This document shows positions 13,086 to 23,990 of a DNA stretch of 64,000 nucleotides, in pieces (within the stretch, counting starts at the first letter, position 1; the number at the start of each line of letters is the position of its first letter). Under the pieces are notes generated by a model. It had not been told where the DNA came from and made no database searches. It saw only the letters and a list, made by a program, of their open reading frames with translations. The translations under genes and the position numbers were made by a program. The DNA comes from an uncultured Lachnospiraceae bacterium (GTDB lineage Bacteria > Bacillota > Clostridia > Lachnospirales > Lachnospiraceae), in contig CADACD010000013.1 in NCBI GenBank assembly GCA_902786365.1, positions 779 to 64,778 of the forward strand, read 5' to 3'.

Positions 13086-14552
13086 ATGTTATTAAATAAT
13101 ATTTTATTGACACAGAATAGTACGCCTATTATAGGGGTTTGTGCGAAAATTCTTGGTTATGTAATGAGTTTTATATACCAGTTTTTCAGCAAGGGAATGA
13201 ATATTGAAAACATTGGTCTGTGTATTATTATTTTTACATTAATTGTTAAGCTGTTAATGATACCGCTTACTGTTAAGCAGCAGAAGTTTTCAAAACTTTC
13301 AACTCTTATGAATCCTGAACTTCAGGAAATACAGAAAAAATACAGAAATAAACGTGATACAGAATCAATGATGAAGATGAATGAGGAGACTCAGGCAGTT
13401 TACCAGAAGTATGGAACTTCACCAACAGGAAGTTGTCTTCAGTTATTGATTCAGATGCCAATTTTATTTTCACTGTATTATATTATCAGCAGTATTCCTG
13501 CCTATGTACCAGAGGTGTACAATCACTATAAAGATGTAAGTCAGGCAGTAGTTGCAGACTATGATTATTATAAGTATATGAATAAGGCATATGATAAATA
13601 TGTAAAAGAAGATGGTCAGTCTGATCAATACAAATATGTAGACGAGATGCTTGATTCGTTTGATAAGATTTCTGAAAAAAAAGTAGTAGATGTACTTGCA
13701 AAGTATTCTACAAAACAGTGGGATAATCTTATAAAAAGTTATGAAAATGTAGATAATATGGCAAATGATTTGTCTTCCGTAACAGATAATGAATGGAATG
13801 AACTGATTGAAGAAATCAATAGTGAGACGAAGCAGGATAAGATTAAAAAATTATCAAAAGCTATACAGGAAGGCCATTTATCTCAGATCTATAATGATAG
13901 TGATAAGACAAAAACACTAACTTCAGATTTTTCTGAAAATGTGAAAAATACGAAAAGTAAGATTATGAAGATTAATCAGTTTGGACCGATTAATCTCAGC
14001 CAGTCACCAAAATCAGTGATGGGAATAGCTCTTATAATACCTATTCTTTCATTTCTTTTGCAGTGGCTGAGTGTAAAGATTTCGATGAGTTCAACGAAGG
14101 AACAGATGGCTGATAATCCTATGGCAAGTTCTATGAAGGTAATGAATATTATGATGCCTTTGATGTCTGCCTTTATCGCTTTTTCAGTTCCGGCAGGTCT
14201 CGGACTTTATTGGGCTTTTACGGCATTTTTCCAGGTTATCACGCAGCTTTGTATTAATGCATATTTTAAGAAAGTAGATGTTCAGGATATCATTAACAGT
14301 AATGTTGAGAAGATGAACAAGAAAAAGGAAAAAATGGGAATTGATGCTAATAAAGTGTCAAGTGCCGCTTCTACAAATACAAAAAATATTAATGCCAAAG
14401 CTAATTTGAATAAGAAATCTGATAAAAACAGTCATCAGAAAAATAACAAAAATAGCAAGGATAATCAGGCAGATTCGGTAAAGTATAAGGCAGGAAGTAT
14501 GGCAGCAAAAGCGAATTTGGTTAAAGAATATAATGACAAGAACAGAAAGTAG
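13086..14552 (+). CDS. yidC: YidC/Oxa1 membrane protein insertase with a large extracytoplasmic insertion
   Basis: IIIFTLIVKLLMIPL, PELQEIQKKY, CLQLLIQMPIL, GLGLYW; synteny. Confidence 0.93.
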   Translation: MLLNNILLTQNSTPIIGVCAKILGYVMSFIYQFFSKGMNIENIGLCIIIFTLIVKLLMIPLTVKQQKFSKLSTLMNPELQEIQKKYRNKRDTESMMKMNEETQAVYQKYGTSPTGSCLQLLIQMPILFSLYYIISSIPAYVPEVYNHYKDVSQAVVADYDYYKYMNKAYDKYVKEDGQSDQYKYVDEMLDSFDKISEKKVVDVLAKYSTKQWDNLIKSYENVDNMANDLSSVTDNEWNELIEEINSETKQDKIKKLSKAIQEGHLSQIYNDSDKTKTLTSDFSENVKNTKSKIMKINQFGPINLSQSPKSVMGIALIIPILSFLLQWLSVKISMSSTKEQMADNPMASSMKVMNIMMPLMSAFIAFSVPAGLGLYWAFTAFFQVITQLCINAYFKKVDVQDIINSNVEKMNKKKEKMGIDANKVSSAASTNTKNINAKANLNKKSDKNSHQKNNKNSKDNQADSVKYKAGSMAAKANLVKEYNDKNRK

Positions 14553-14561
14553 GGTGTAGTA

Positions 14562-15185
14562 ATGGAGTTTGTTGAATTTACAGGAAAAACAGTAGATGAG
14601 GCAGTTACGGCAGCCGCATTAAAATATAGTGTACCCAGTGAAAATATCGAATATGAGGTGCTTGAAGAGGGTAGCAACGGTATACTTGGATTAGGCAGAA
14701 AACCTGCGAAGATTAAGGCAAGAAAGAAAGTTGGCATCACAGATATTGCACAGGAATTTCTTGATAAGATTTTTAAAGCAATGAATCTTGTAGTTGAGAT
14801 AGAGATTAAGTATTCTGAAAGTGATAGAGCAATGGACATTAATCTTTCAGGTGAAGAGATGGGACTTTTGATTGGTAAAAGAGGACAGACTATCGATTCA
14901 TTACAGTATCTTGTAAGCCTTGTTGTTAATAAAGAAAGCAAAGAATATATCAGAGTAAAAGTAGATACAGAAGATTACAGAAACAGAAGAAAGAAAACTC
15001 TTGAAGAACTTGCAAAAAATATAGCGTATAAGGTGAAGCGAACAAAGAGATCTGTTTCACTTGAACCAATGAATCCTTATGAGAGAAGAATTATTCATTC
15101 TGCTTTACAGAACGATAAATATGTAACTACGAAGAGTGAGGGTGAAGAGCCTTACAGACATATTATTGTGCTACTTAAAAAATAA
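14562..15185 (+). CDS. jag: Jag/EloR (KhpB) RNA-binding protein
   Basis: Jag_N GKTVDEAV; KH LIGKRGQTIDSLQYL; R3H ERRIIH. Confidence 0.95.
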   Translation: MEFVEFTGKTVDEAVTAAALKYSVPSENIEYEVLEEGSNGILGLGRKPAKIKARKKVGITDIAQEFLDKIFKAMNLVVEIEIKYSESDRAMDINLSGEEMGLLIGKRGQTIDSLQYLVSLVVNKESKEYIRVKVDTEDYRNRRKKTLEELAKNIAYKVKRTKRSVSLEPMNPYERRIIHSALQNDKYVTTKSEGEEPYRHIIVLLKK

Positions 15186-15255
15186 GTTATGATAAAAAGG
15201 ATATGATGTGCAGGTGAGAGATACCTGCAAACAGTAACTAGCAGCTAAATAAAAA

Positions 15256-15284
15256 AAGGGGACTGTCAATTTGACAGTCTCCTT
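15256..15284. terminator. Inverted repeat after jag, probable terminator
   Basis: aaggggactgtcaa / ttgacagtctcctt preceded by an A run. Confidence 0.6.
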
Positions 15285-15420
15285 GTTGACATTTTATTAT
15301 TAGTGTCAAAAAATTGAGACTAAGGTTGAAGTTTTTTTGATTGGAAAGAATATATGAGATTGTCAGAATTTTGAGATGATTTGTTAAGAATTTAGTTTTT
15401 GGGTTTATGGAGGTGACAAG

Positions 15421-16797
15421 ATGTTTGAAAAGGAAACAATTGCCGCAATTTCAACAGGAATGAATAATTCTGGAATAGGGATAGTAAGAATCAGTGGACC
15501 GCAATCTTTTGATATTATCAAGAAGATTTTTGTGCCGTATAAGGAGAAAGATGTAGAAAGTTTTTCATCACATACAGTTCATTATGGAAATATAGTGGAT
15601 GGGGAACATGTAATAGATGAAGTGCTGGTTTTGATTATGAAGGCGCCGAATACCTACACTCGTGAGGATGTTGTCGAGATAGATTGTCATGGTGGAGTAG
15701 TCGTAGTAAAAAAGGTACTTGAAACCGTATTAAAAAATGGGGCAAGATGTGCAGAGCCGGGCGAATTCACAAAACGTGCCTTTTTGAATGGAAGGATAGA
15801 TTTGTCTCAGGCAGAGGCTGTGGCAGATATTATCAATGCAAAAAGCAGCATTGCGCTTGATGCATCTCTTTCACAGCTCAAAGGAAATATAAGAGATATT
15901 ATAAAAAAAGAGCGTGAGAAAATTGTATACCATATAGCTTATATAGAAGCAGCATTAGATGATCCTGAACATATGAATGTTGATAACTATGGGGAAGAAT
16001 TGAAGGAAGATGTAGATAAAATACTTATTGATCTTGACAGATTGTTGAAAACTTCTGAAAATGGAAAGATAATATCTGAAGGGATTAAAACAGTGATATT
16101 AGGAAAGCCGAATGCAGGAAAATCATCACTGATGAATACACTGCTCGGTGAGGAGAGAGCAATAGTGACTGATATTGCTGGAACAACAAGGGATACTTTG
16201 GAAGAGTCTATGAGGTTGTCAGAGCTTCAGTTAAATATTATCGATACAGCAGGAATCAGGCAGACGGATGATGTTGTAGAAAAGATCGGAGTGGAGCGTT
16301 CGAAAGAAATGGCGAAAAATGCAGACCTTGTGATTTATGTGGTAGATGCATCAGTTCCATTCGATGATAATGACAAGGATATCATTCAGATTATTTCTGA
16401 TAAAAAATTTATTGTCTTATTGAATAAAACAGATTTAGAGTGTATAGTTAATGTGGAGGATATTAAAAATATTATCGATACAGATCCTATTGAAATTTCT
16501 GCCAAAAATAACATAGGGCTTGATATGTTTGAAAACAGAGTAAGAGAAATGTTTTATGATGGCAAGGTTTCATTTAATGATGAAATTTATATTACTAATT
16601 TGCGACATAAAGAATTATTATCAGAGGCAGTGAATAGTTTGAATCTTGTGAATGAGAGTATAGAAAGCGGAATGCCGGAAGATTTTTACTCAATCGATTT
16701 GATGAATGCATATGAAGTGCTTGGAAAAATTATCGGGGAAGCAGTCGAAGATGATGTTGTGAATGAGATTTTCAGTAAGTTTTGTATGGGTAAGTAG
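15421..16797 (+). CDS. mnmE: tRNA modification GTPase MnmE (TrmE)
   Basis: GEFTKRAFLNGRIDL, GKPNAGKSS, GTTRD, DTAG, NKTD, terminal FCMGK. Confidence 0.98.
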   Translation: MFEKETIAAISTGMNNSGIGIVRISGPQSFDIIKKIFVPYKEKDVESFSSHTVHYGNIVDGEHVIDEVLVLIMKAPNTYTREDVVEIDCHGGVVVVKKVLETVLKNGARCAEPGEFTKRAFLNGRIDLSQAEAVADIINAKSSIALDASLSQLKGNIRDIIKKEREKIVYHIAYIEAALDDPEHMNVDNYGEELKEDVDKILIDLDRLLKTSENGKIISEGIKTVILGKPNAGKSSLMNTLLGEERAIVTDIAGTTRDTLEESMRLSELQLNIIDTAGIRQTDDVVEKIGVERSKEMAKNADLVIYVVDASVPFDDNDKDIIQIISDKKFIVLLNKTDLECIVNVEDIKNIIDTDPIEISAKNNIGLDMFENRVREMFYDGKVSFNDEIYITNLRHKELLSEAVNSLNLVNESIESGMPEDFYSIDLMNAYEVLGKIIGEAVEDDVVNEIFSKFCMGK

Positions 16798-16897
16798 GTA
16801 GTTGAATTTGAAGCAACATTATATGGGAAATTGAATTTTATAATAGAGGTATGTAGTTTATTAATTATATTGAATTGTTTAGAGAGGTAGAATTGAA

Positions 16898-18808
16898 ATG
16901 CCGAATATTTGTGAAGAGTATGATTTAGTTGTGGTTGGTGCAGGCCATGCGGGATGTGAGGCAGCACTTGCCGGTGCAAGGCTTGGACTTCGTACAATTA
17001 TGTTTACGGTAAGTGTAGATAGCATTGCACTTATGCCTTGTAATCCTAATATTGGTGGAAGTTCAAAAGGTCATTTGGTGAGAGAAATAGATGCATTGGG
17101 TGGTGAGATGGGAAAAAATATTGATAAAACATTTATCCAGTCTAAAATGCTCAATTCTTCAAAGGGACCTGCTGTACATTCACTTCGTGCGCAGGCTGAT
17201 AAGCAGGCATATACAAGAAGTATGAGGTTGGTACTTGAAAATACGGATAATCTTACAATAAGACAGGCAGAGGTATCTGAAATTATTGTAGATGATGGTG
17301 TGATAAAAGGTGTCAAAACTTTTTCAGGTGCAGAATATCACGCAAAGGCAGTAGTACTATGTACGGGAACTTATCTCAAAGCAAGATGTATATATGGAGA
17401 TGTGAGTAATTATACAGGACCAAATGGATTGCAACCTGCAAATTATCTGACAGATTCTTTGAAGGCAAATGGAATTGAAATGTTCCGGTTTAAGACAGGA
17501 ACACCGGCAAGAGTTGATAAGCGTTCTATTGATTTTAGTAAAATGGAAGAGCAGTTTGGAGATGAAAGAGTTGTTCCATTTTCATTTTCAACAGATCCTG
17601 AGTCGGTTCAGAAGGAACAGGTTTCATGCTGGCTTACATATACAAATGAGGAAACTCACAAAATTATAAGGGATAATCTTGACAGGTCGCCTTTATTTTC
17701 GGGAGCAATTGAGGGAACAGGTCCAAGATATTGTCCTTCGATTGAAGATAAAGTAGTAAAATTTGCTGATAAAAACAGACATCAGGTATTTGTTGAACCG
17801 GAAGGATTGTATACAAATGAGATGTATCTTGGTGGAATGTCAAGTTCACTTCCAGAAGATGTGCAGTATGCAATGTATCGGACCGTCAGGGGACTTGAAA
17901 ATGTGAAAATAGTGAGAAATGCATATGCGATAGAGTATGACTGTATCAATCCTATGCAGCTTAAGTTGACTTTGGAATTTAAGAAAATTAAAGGATTGTT
18001 CAGTGGTGGTCAGTTTAATGGAAGTTCAGGATATGAGGAAGCAGCGGCGCAGGGATTGATAGCAGGTATCAATGCATCGTTATATGTGCTTGGAAGAGAA
18101 CAGATTGTACTTGACAGGTCTCAGGCTTATATCGGTGTTCTCATAGATGATTTGGTTACAAAAGAAAATCATGAGCCATACAGAATGATGACTTCCAGAG
18201 CAGAGTACAGGCTTTTGCTTAGACAGGATAATGCAGATATCAGATTGAGTAAGATAGGATATGAAGTAGGACTTGTAAGTAAAGAAATGTATGACAAGGT
18301 TTGCAAAAAAGAGGAACTCATTGAGAAAGAAATTGAGAGATTGAATAAAGTTCCAATTGGGGCAAACAGTGAGGTTCAGAAGTTTTTGGAAGAGCATGGC
18401 AGTACACCTTTAAAAACGGGTTCAACACTTGCAGAATTGATTAAACGACCTGAGCTTAATTATGATATGCTTAAAGTATTCGATTTAAACAGAGTGGACT
18501 TGCCTTATGATGTAATCGAACAGGTAAACATTCTTATTAAATATGAAGGTTATATTACAAGACAGCTTAAGCAGGTAGAGCAGTATAAGAAGCTGGAAAA
18601 TAAAAAGATAGATGAAGAGATTGATTATAATGATGTAAAAAGTCTCAGAAATGAGGCAAGACAGAAATTAAATAGTGTAAGACCTTCATCAATAGGACAG
18701 GCATCAAGAATATCGGGCGTTTCTCCGGCAGATATATCAGTACTTCTTATTTATTTGGAACAGTACAATCATGAAAAACATTTGAAAGATAAGTTGGAAA
18801 ATGGTTGA
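16898..18808 (+). CDS. mnmG: tRNA uridine-5-carboxymethylaminomethyl modification enzyme MnmG (GidA)
   Basis: [53 protein letters not shown]. Confidence 0.98.
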   Translation: MPNICEEYDLVVVGAGHAGCEAALAGARLGLRTIMFTVSVDSIALMPCNPNIGGSSKGHLVREIDALGGEMGKNIDKTFIQSKMLNSSKGPAVHSLRAQADKQAYTRSMRLVLENTDNLTIRQAEVSEIIVDDGVIKGVKTFSGAEYHAKAVVLCTGTYLKARCIYGDVSNYTGPNGLQPANYLTDSLKANGIEMFRFKTGTPARVDKRSIDFSKMEEQFGDERVVPFSFSTDPESVQKEQVSCWLTYTNEETHKIIRDNLDRSPLFSGAIEGTGPRYCPSIEDKVVKFADKNRHQVFVEPEGLYTNEMYLGGMSSSLPEDVQYAMYRTVRGLENVKIVRNAYAIEYDCINPMQLKLTLEFKKIKGLFSGGQFNGSSGYEEAAAQGLIAGINASLYVLGREQIVLDRSQAYIGVLIDDLVTKENHEPYRMMTSRAEYRLLLRQDNADIRLSKIGYEVGLVSKEMYDKVCKKEELIEKEIERLNKVPIGANSEVQKFLEEHGSTPLKTGSTLAELIKRPELNYDMLKVFDLNRVDLPYDVIEQVNILIKYEGYITRQLKQVEQYKKLENKKIDEEIDYNDVKSLRNEARQKLNSVRPSSIGQASRISGVSPADISVLLIYLEQYNHEKHLKDKLENG

Positions 18809-18860
18809 AATAAAAATGCTAGTATATAAAATATAAATAAAATAAAGGTAACAAATTAAT

Positions 18861-19607
18861 ATGTATCATAAAGAATATATATATGAACAATTCAAAAAAA
18901 TTAATATAGAACTAAATGAAAAACAAATTAATCAATTTTATCATTATTTTGAAATGATTGTTGAAAAAAATAAAGTTGTCAATTTAACAGCAATTACAGA
19001 ATATGAAGATGTAGTGATTAAGCATTTTGTAGACAGTGTTCTCGTATCACAAATTGATGGTATCAGAAACTTATTAGAAGTTAATGAAAATACAGAGGTG
19101 CAATTGATAGATATTGGTACAGGAGCAGGCTTTCCGGGAATACCATTAAAAATAGTATATCCGAACATTAGTATTACATTATTAGATTCACTTAATAAAA
19201 GAATTACTTTTTTGAATGAAGTGATTGAACAATTGGAATTAGAGGATGTAAATTGTATTCATGGAAGAGCAGAAGATTTTGGTTCCAACAATGATTATAG
19301 AGAAAAATATGATATATGCGTTTCAAGAGCAGTGGCGAATCTTTCAACATTAAGTGAATATTGTGTACCATTTATAAAAGTTGGGGGAATTTTTGTATCA
19401 TATAAATCTTCAGGAGCTGCAGAGGAAGTAGTGAATGCGAAAAATGCAATGAAAAAATTAAATTGTCGAATCAAGGAAGTAAAAGAATTAGAACTTATTC
19501 AATCAAATGAAGTATATCAGAGAAATTTCGTGATAATAGAAAAGAAAAAAAATCTTGATAAGAGGTATCCTAGAAAGGCAGGAATGCCAGCCAGAAATCC
19601 TTTGTAG
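18861..19607 (+). CDS. rsmG: 16S rRNA m7G527 methyltransferase RsmG (GidB)
   Basis: NLTAIT, HFVDS, DIGTGAGFPG, GRAED, SRAVA. Confidence 0.96.
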   Translation: MYHKEYIYEQFKKINIELNEKQINQFYHYFEMIVEKNKVVNLTAITEYEDVVIKHFVDSVLVSQIDGIRNLLEVNENTEVQLIDIGTGAGFPGIPLKIVYPNISITLLDSLNKRITFLNEVIEQLELEDVNCIHGRAEDFGSNNDYREKYDICVSRAVANLSTLSEYCVPFIKVGGIFVSYKSSGAAEEVVNAKNAMKKLNCRIKEVKELELIQSNEVYQRNFVIIEKKKNLDKRYPRKAGMPARNPL

Positions 19608-19708
19608 ATGAATTGGTATGTAGATAGAGATGAATAAGTAATTTAGCTTACTATGTTATTTGTGATTATATTTGGAATATGAAAAGTAAAAAATTTTAGT
19701 AGAAGGTT

Positions 19709-21229
19709 GTGAATAAGATAATGAATAATTTAGTTTCTTATTTGAATAATGAAAGAAATAGTATTGCAAATTCTATCAACGAAATAAATGAGAAAATAAA
19801 TAAGAGTAAATATGAATTAGAAAATATAGAGAAAAAAATTGTTGAACATTCTAAAAATGTTGATACAACTTATGAGATTTTTTCGCCAAATGCATATGAT
19901 AAAGACTACTACATTATTGAAATTCAAAAACTCAATCAAACTAAAAATGAAATCAGTAAAAAAATAGAAAGTATGTTAGAAGAAGAAAATCAGCTTTTGA
20001 AACAACAAAGGGTAATTGAATTGGCATATGAAGATTATGTAAAATTCCAACAACATCTTTTTGAGGAAGAAGTAGAAAATAAAAGAATAATGGAAAAGAA
20101 AATAAATGAGTTAAATTTGAAACATTCAAATGAGATCATTCAAGTTTTGGAATACCAGATTAATAAAGATAATCATTTTTTAAGTGATGAAGTGGTAAGA
20201 CAATTAGATATTATAAAAAATAAATTGTCTTTATGTGAAAATTTTGTTGACATGGATATCAACAGAGCAAAATTGGAAATGTTAAAAACAGCTGAAGAAG
20301 TATCTTATTTCAAAAAGCGACTAGACTCCGAAATGTTTCACGTGAAACATTTTGATAGTAACAGCAGACTTAATTTGAATAGTGAGATAAAAAAATTTAT
20401 AAATCAATACAAAAAATCTATTAATGCTCAGCTTGAATACAATTATATTGGAAGAAAAATTGAAGATAGTTCTTATAATATTGTAAATCTTATTAGAATA
20501 ATTAAAGAATCAATTGATAATGCTGATAATCATGCAAATGGAACTAATATTAGTGTTACAGTTATTGTTGAAGATAATAAGCTTAATGATGATTATTTTG
20601 ATGATTATGATATAGAAAAGGCAGTGAACAATCAAAAGGAGAGTATTATTGATATAAGTATGTTTAATGCTAGGAGAGTTAGTAAAGAAGAAAAATATGA
20701 AGACTCAGATTTTCATGAATTTAAAGAGAATGCTGATATTGATAATTATAATTTAAATGATGAAGATGTAGGTCTATCTGATAATAGTTTAGAAAACATG
20801 GATATAGATTTAATTAATAACAGTGTAGAAAACAAAAATAAGGATTTATTCAGTAACAATATAGAAGCTTATGAAACAGATTCAGATTTATTTTCCAATT
20901 GTATTAATAATGATGAAACAAATAATAACTTATCAAATAGTAATGAAAATGATGAATTATTTAATACTGTTTTAAGTGATAAGGCCAACAAAGATATGCA
21001 TCAGATTAATTTTATCATTGATGAAACGACTGATAAGTTTAATGTCATTATAAAAATATCTGATAATGGAGATGGATTTAATCTTTATAATGAAAATATG
21101 TTAATTGAAAATGGGCTGTTTGGTATTTATATGATGAAATACAGAACTAAAAAAATAAATGGTAAATTTCATATTCAATCTGATCAGGGTATAGGAACTA
21201 CTGTAACTATTATTTATCAAGCAGGATAA
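19709..21229 (+). CDS. Degenerate DegS/NarX-type histidine-kinase-like protein (coiled coil, DHp-like region, split HATPase_c)
   Basis: N-box IIKESIDNADNHA, G1 ISDNGDGF, G2 FGIYMMKYRTKKINGKFHIQSDQGIGTTV; H-box reads FLSD; about 150-aa Asn/Asp-rich insert. Confidence 0.7.
   Translation: MNKIMNNLVSYLNNERNSIANSINEINEKINKSKYELENIEKKIVEHSKNVDTTYEIFSPNAYDKDYYIIEIQKLNQTKNEISKKIESMLEEENQLLKQQRVIELAYEDYVKFQQHLFEEEVENKRIMEKKINELNLKHSNEIIQVLEYQINKDNHFLSDEVVRQLDIIKNKLSLCENFVDMDINRAKLEMLKTAEEVSYFKKRLDSEMFHVKHFDSNSRLNLNSEIKKFINQYKKSINAQLEYNYIGRKIEDSSYNIVNLIRIIKESIDNADNHANGTNISVTVIVEDNKLNDDYFDDYDIEKAVNNQKESIIDISMFNARRVSKEEKYEDSDFHEFKENADIDNYNLNDEDVGLSDNSLENMDIDLINNSVENKNKDLFSNNIEAYETDSDLFSNCINNDETNNNLSNSNENDELFNTVLSDKANKDMHQINFIIDETTDKFNVIIKISDNGDGFNLYNENMLIENGLFGIYMMKYRTKKINGKFHIQSDQGIGTTVTIIYQAG
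20334..20349. promoter_or_regulatory. parS site inside a CDS
   Basis: Perfect palindrome TGTTTCACGTGAAACA. Confidence 0.92.
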
Positions 21230-21756
21230 AATTATATATTATTTAATCATACTGTGTAAAATAATTTTACACCAATTGATATTAGCCGATAAAAACAATA
21301 ACATAGTTTACATTGATTATCATTTTATCGAATAGTCTATAAATTATATAAAAAATCTAGTGATTAATTTATATAATAAACAGATGGGAAGTAAGCAACT
21401 CTTATTATATCTGAAAAAGGATATAGTAGGAGTTTTTATTAATTAGAAATATTTTAGAATTACTTATGATTCTGCAACTTTGGAAATGGAAAAGTTATAT
21501 AATATTGTAGGCAGTTACATATTAATTTGCTTGTAATAAACTGAAGATATTATTTAACATAAGTAGCAGATAGGAAAACAATGTCAATTTGTATAATGTT
21601 ACTAGAAGAGAGGAGCATTTTTACGAGTTTAAATATTTGTATTAGTATAATTTATTGAAGAAAAGAAAAGCTGAATGGAGTGAAGCATTCCTTTCACTCG
21701 ATAAATCAGCAACATACTCAAGGTCTGGGGCACTATCATGTTGAAGAAGTGGTTAA

Positions 21757-21772
21757 TGTTTCACGTGAAACA
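21757..21772. promoter_or_regulatory. parS site, intergenic
   Basis: Perfect palindrome TGTTTCACGTGAAACA, 233 bp upstream of parA. Confidence 0.95.
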
Positions 21773-22005
21773 TTTTATGGAAAAAAAATGGTATTTGTAG
21801 ATTGAATTAGAAATAACAAATCTGTATATTATTACACGATTAGTGAATAATAACTATTTAGTAAAATTATCATAAATTTAATAATTATAGATGGATAAAA
21901 AAAAACATTCGTGCTATAATCGTGTAAGAAAATAAAACAAGGAGTAGTGCAAAATACACAGGTTAGAAGGTAAATCATAATAGCCTTAATATGCATGGAT
22001 GAATA

Positions 22006-22899
22006 ATGAGTAGAGTAATTGCAATAGCTAACCAAAAAGGTGGAGTAGGAAAAACAACAACATCTATTAATCTTTCAGCATGTCTTGCAGAAAAAGGGAA
22101 AAAGGTTCTTGTAGTAGATATTGATCCTCAGGGTAATACGACAAGTGGGTTTGGAGTGGACAAGAATAATCTTGAGAATACAATATACGAATTATTTCTT
22201 GGAGAGTGCGATATAAATGATTGTATGATTAAAGATGTCATTGAAAATCTTTCTTTGTTACCGGCTAATGTGAATTTATCAGGAGCAGAGATTGATTTGC
22301 TCAGTGTGGATAAAAGAGAATATATTTTAAAAAAGTATATTGACAAAGTAAGAGATGAATATGATTTTGTGATAATAGATTGTCCTCCTTCATTGAATAT
22401 ACTTACTGTGAATGCGATGACCACGGCTGACACTGTTTTAGTAACGATACAGTGTGAATATTATGCATTAGAAGGATTATCACAGTTAATACATACTATC
22501 AATCTGGCAAAGAGCAGATTAAATCCATCACTCGAGATGGAAGGTGTAGTATTTACAATGTATGATGCAAGAACAAATTTATCTTTAGAAGTAGTAGAGA
22601 ATGTAAAGCAAAGTCTTTCACAAAGTGTATATAAAACAATTATACCAAGAAATATAAGACTGGCAGAAGCACCTAGTCATGGTATGCCAATCAATCTGTA
22701 TGATTCAAAATCTGCAGGTGCTGAAAGTTACAGACTATTAGCACAGGAAGTGATATGTAATGATGAGGGAATAGAATTTGATATCAATAGTTTTAAAGAT
22801 AGTAATGAAAAAACTGGATCAAAGGAAAACGATAAGAATAAAAATACGAAAAAAGGGAGAGTATCTAAGATAAAAAAAAGGATCAATAAGGAAAAATAG
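22006..22899 (+). CDS. parA: Chromosome partitioning ATPase ParA/Soj
   Basis: NQKGGVGKTTT, DIDPQGN, IIDCPPSL, QCEYYALEGL, PRNIRLAEAPSHG. Confidence 0.97.
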   Translation: MSRVIAIANQKGGVGKTTTSINLSACLAEKGKKVLVVDIDPQGNTTSGFGVDKNNLENTIYELFLGECDINDCMIKDVIENLSLLPANVNLSGAEIDLLSVDKREYILKKYIDKVRDEYDFVIIDCPPSLNILTVNAMTTADTVLVTIQCEYYALEGLSQLIHTINLAKSRLNPSLEMEGVVFTMYDARTNLSLEVVENVKQSLSQSVYKTIIPRNIRLAEAPSHGMPINLYDSKSAGAESYRLLAQEVICNDEGIEFDINSFKDSNEKTGSKENDKNKNTKKGRVSKIKKRINKEK

Positions 22900-23082
22900 A
22901 AGTAAGATATTATTATAGATAATCTCTTTATTATACGTTAAAATGTATAAAATAAAGAGATTAAATTAAGTAATTAATGTCAAATGCAATAGAGATGTTG
23001 CATTAACTAAAATATCAATAAAATAGAAACGTTGTATTAAGTAAAAATACTAGATTAAAAGAAATTGTTAAAAGAGGTAAAA

Positions 23083-23970
23083 ATGGCAACAAAAAGAGGA
23101 TTGGGTAAAGGATTAGATTCACTGATTCCTATTGGTGAAGTAAAAGAAATTAATAAGCATACTGTTTCAAAGGAAGTAGAAGATGGAGTTACTACAATAA
23201 AAGTTAATTCGATAGAACCAAATAGAGAACAGCCAAGGAAGAATTTTAATGAGGATTCTTTGATTGAATTGGCAGAATCTATAAAACAGCATGGAATAAT
23301 ACAACCTTTAGTAGTTCAGAAAAGGGATGATTATTATGAAATTATTGCCGGTGAAAGAAGATGGAGAGCAGCAAAGCTGGCAGGAATTAAAGAAGTACCT
23401 GTTATTATAAAAGATTATACAGGTCAGCAAGTAGTTGAAATTGCACTTATAGAAAATATCCAGAGAGAAGATTTGAATCCAATTGAAGAGGCGATGGCTT
23501 TTAAGAGACTTATGACAGAGTATCATTTAAAGCAGGATGAATTGGCAGAGAGAGTATCAAAGAGTAGAACGGCAGTTACAAATTCTATGAGACTTCTAAA
23601 ATTGTCAGATCCTGTTCAGCAGATGGTGATAGAAAATCTTATCTCAAGTGGCCATGCAAGAGCGTTGCTTTCGATTGAGGATCAAAATACTCAGGAAAGA
23701 ATTGCTGAAAAGATAATGGATGAAAAATTGAGTGTAAGAGAAACAGAAAAACTTGTTAAAAAATTAACAACCTCAAAAGAAAAAAAACAACCTGAGCCAA
23801 TTGTAAATGAGTTTGTTTACAGAGATATTGAAAGTAAAATAAAGGATATTGTGGGTTCAAATGTTAAAGTAAATCATAAAGCAAATGGAAAAGGAAAAAT
23901 TGAAATAGAGTATTATTCAAATGCAGAACTAGACAGAATATATGAGTTATTTTTAAATATGAATAAATAA
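23083..23970 (+). CDS. parB: Chromosome partitioning protein ParB/Spo0J
   Basis: GLGKGLDSLI, QPRKNF, IIAGERRWRAA, ENIQREDLNPIEEA; start at ATG 23083 after GAGGT. Confidence 0.97.
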   Translation: MATKRGLGKGLDSLIPIGEVKEINKHTVSKEVEDGVTTIKVNSIEPNREQPRKNFNEDSLIELAESIKQHGIIQPLVVQKRDDYYEIIAGERRWRAAKLAGIKEVPVIIKDYTGQQVVEIALIENIQREDLNPIEEAMAFKRLMTEYHLKQDELAERVSKSRTAVTNSMRLLKLSDPVQQMVIENLISSGHARALLSIEDQNTQERIAEKIMDEKLSVRETEKLVKKLTTSKEKKQPEPIVNEFVYRDIESKIKDIVGSNVKVNHKANGKGKIEIEYYSNAELDRIYELFLNMNK

Positions 23971-23990
23971 TTTTTTTGATGGAGAATAAC

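Noticed and set aside
21581-21658. Short ORF MSICIMLLEERSIFTSLN faintly like a response-regulator N-terminus
   Set aside because: Only 25 codons, lacks the acidic DD pair, and lies in very AT-rich DNA; chance similarity is likely.
21670-21710. Hairpin gctga...gagtgaa/ttcactc...tcagc upstream of parS
   Set aside because: Short stems with no recognisable riboswitch or ncRNA motif.
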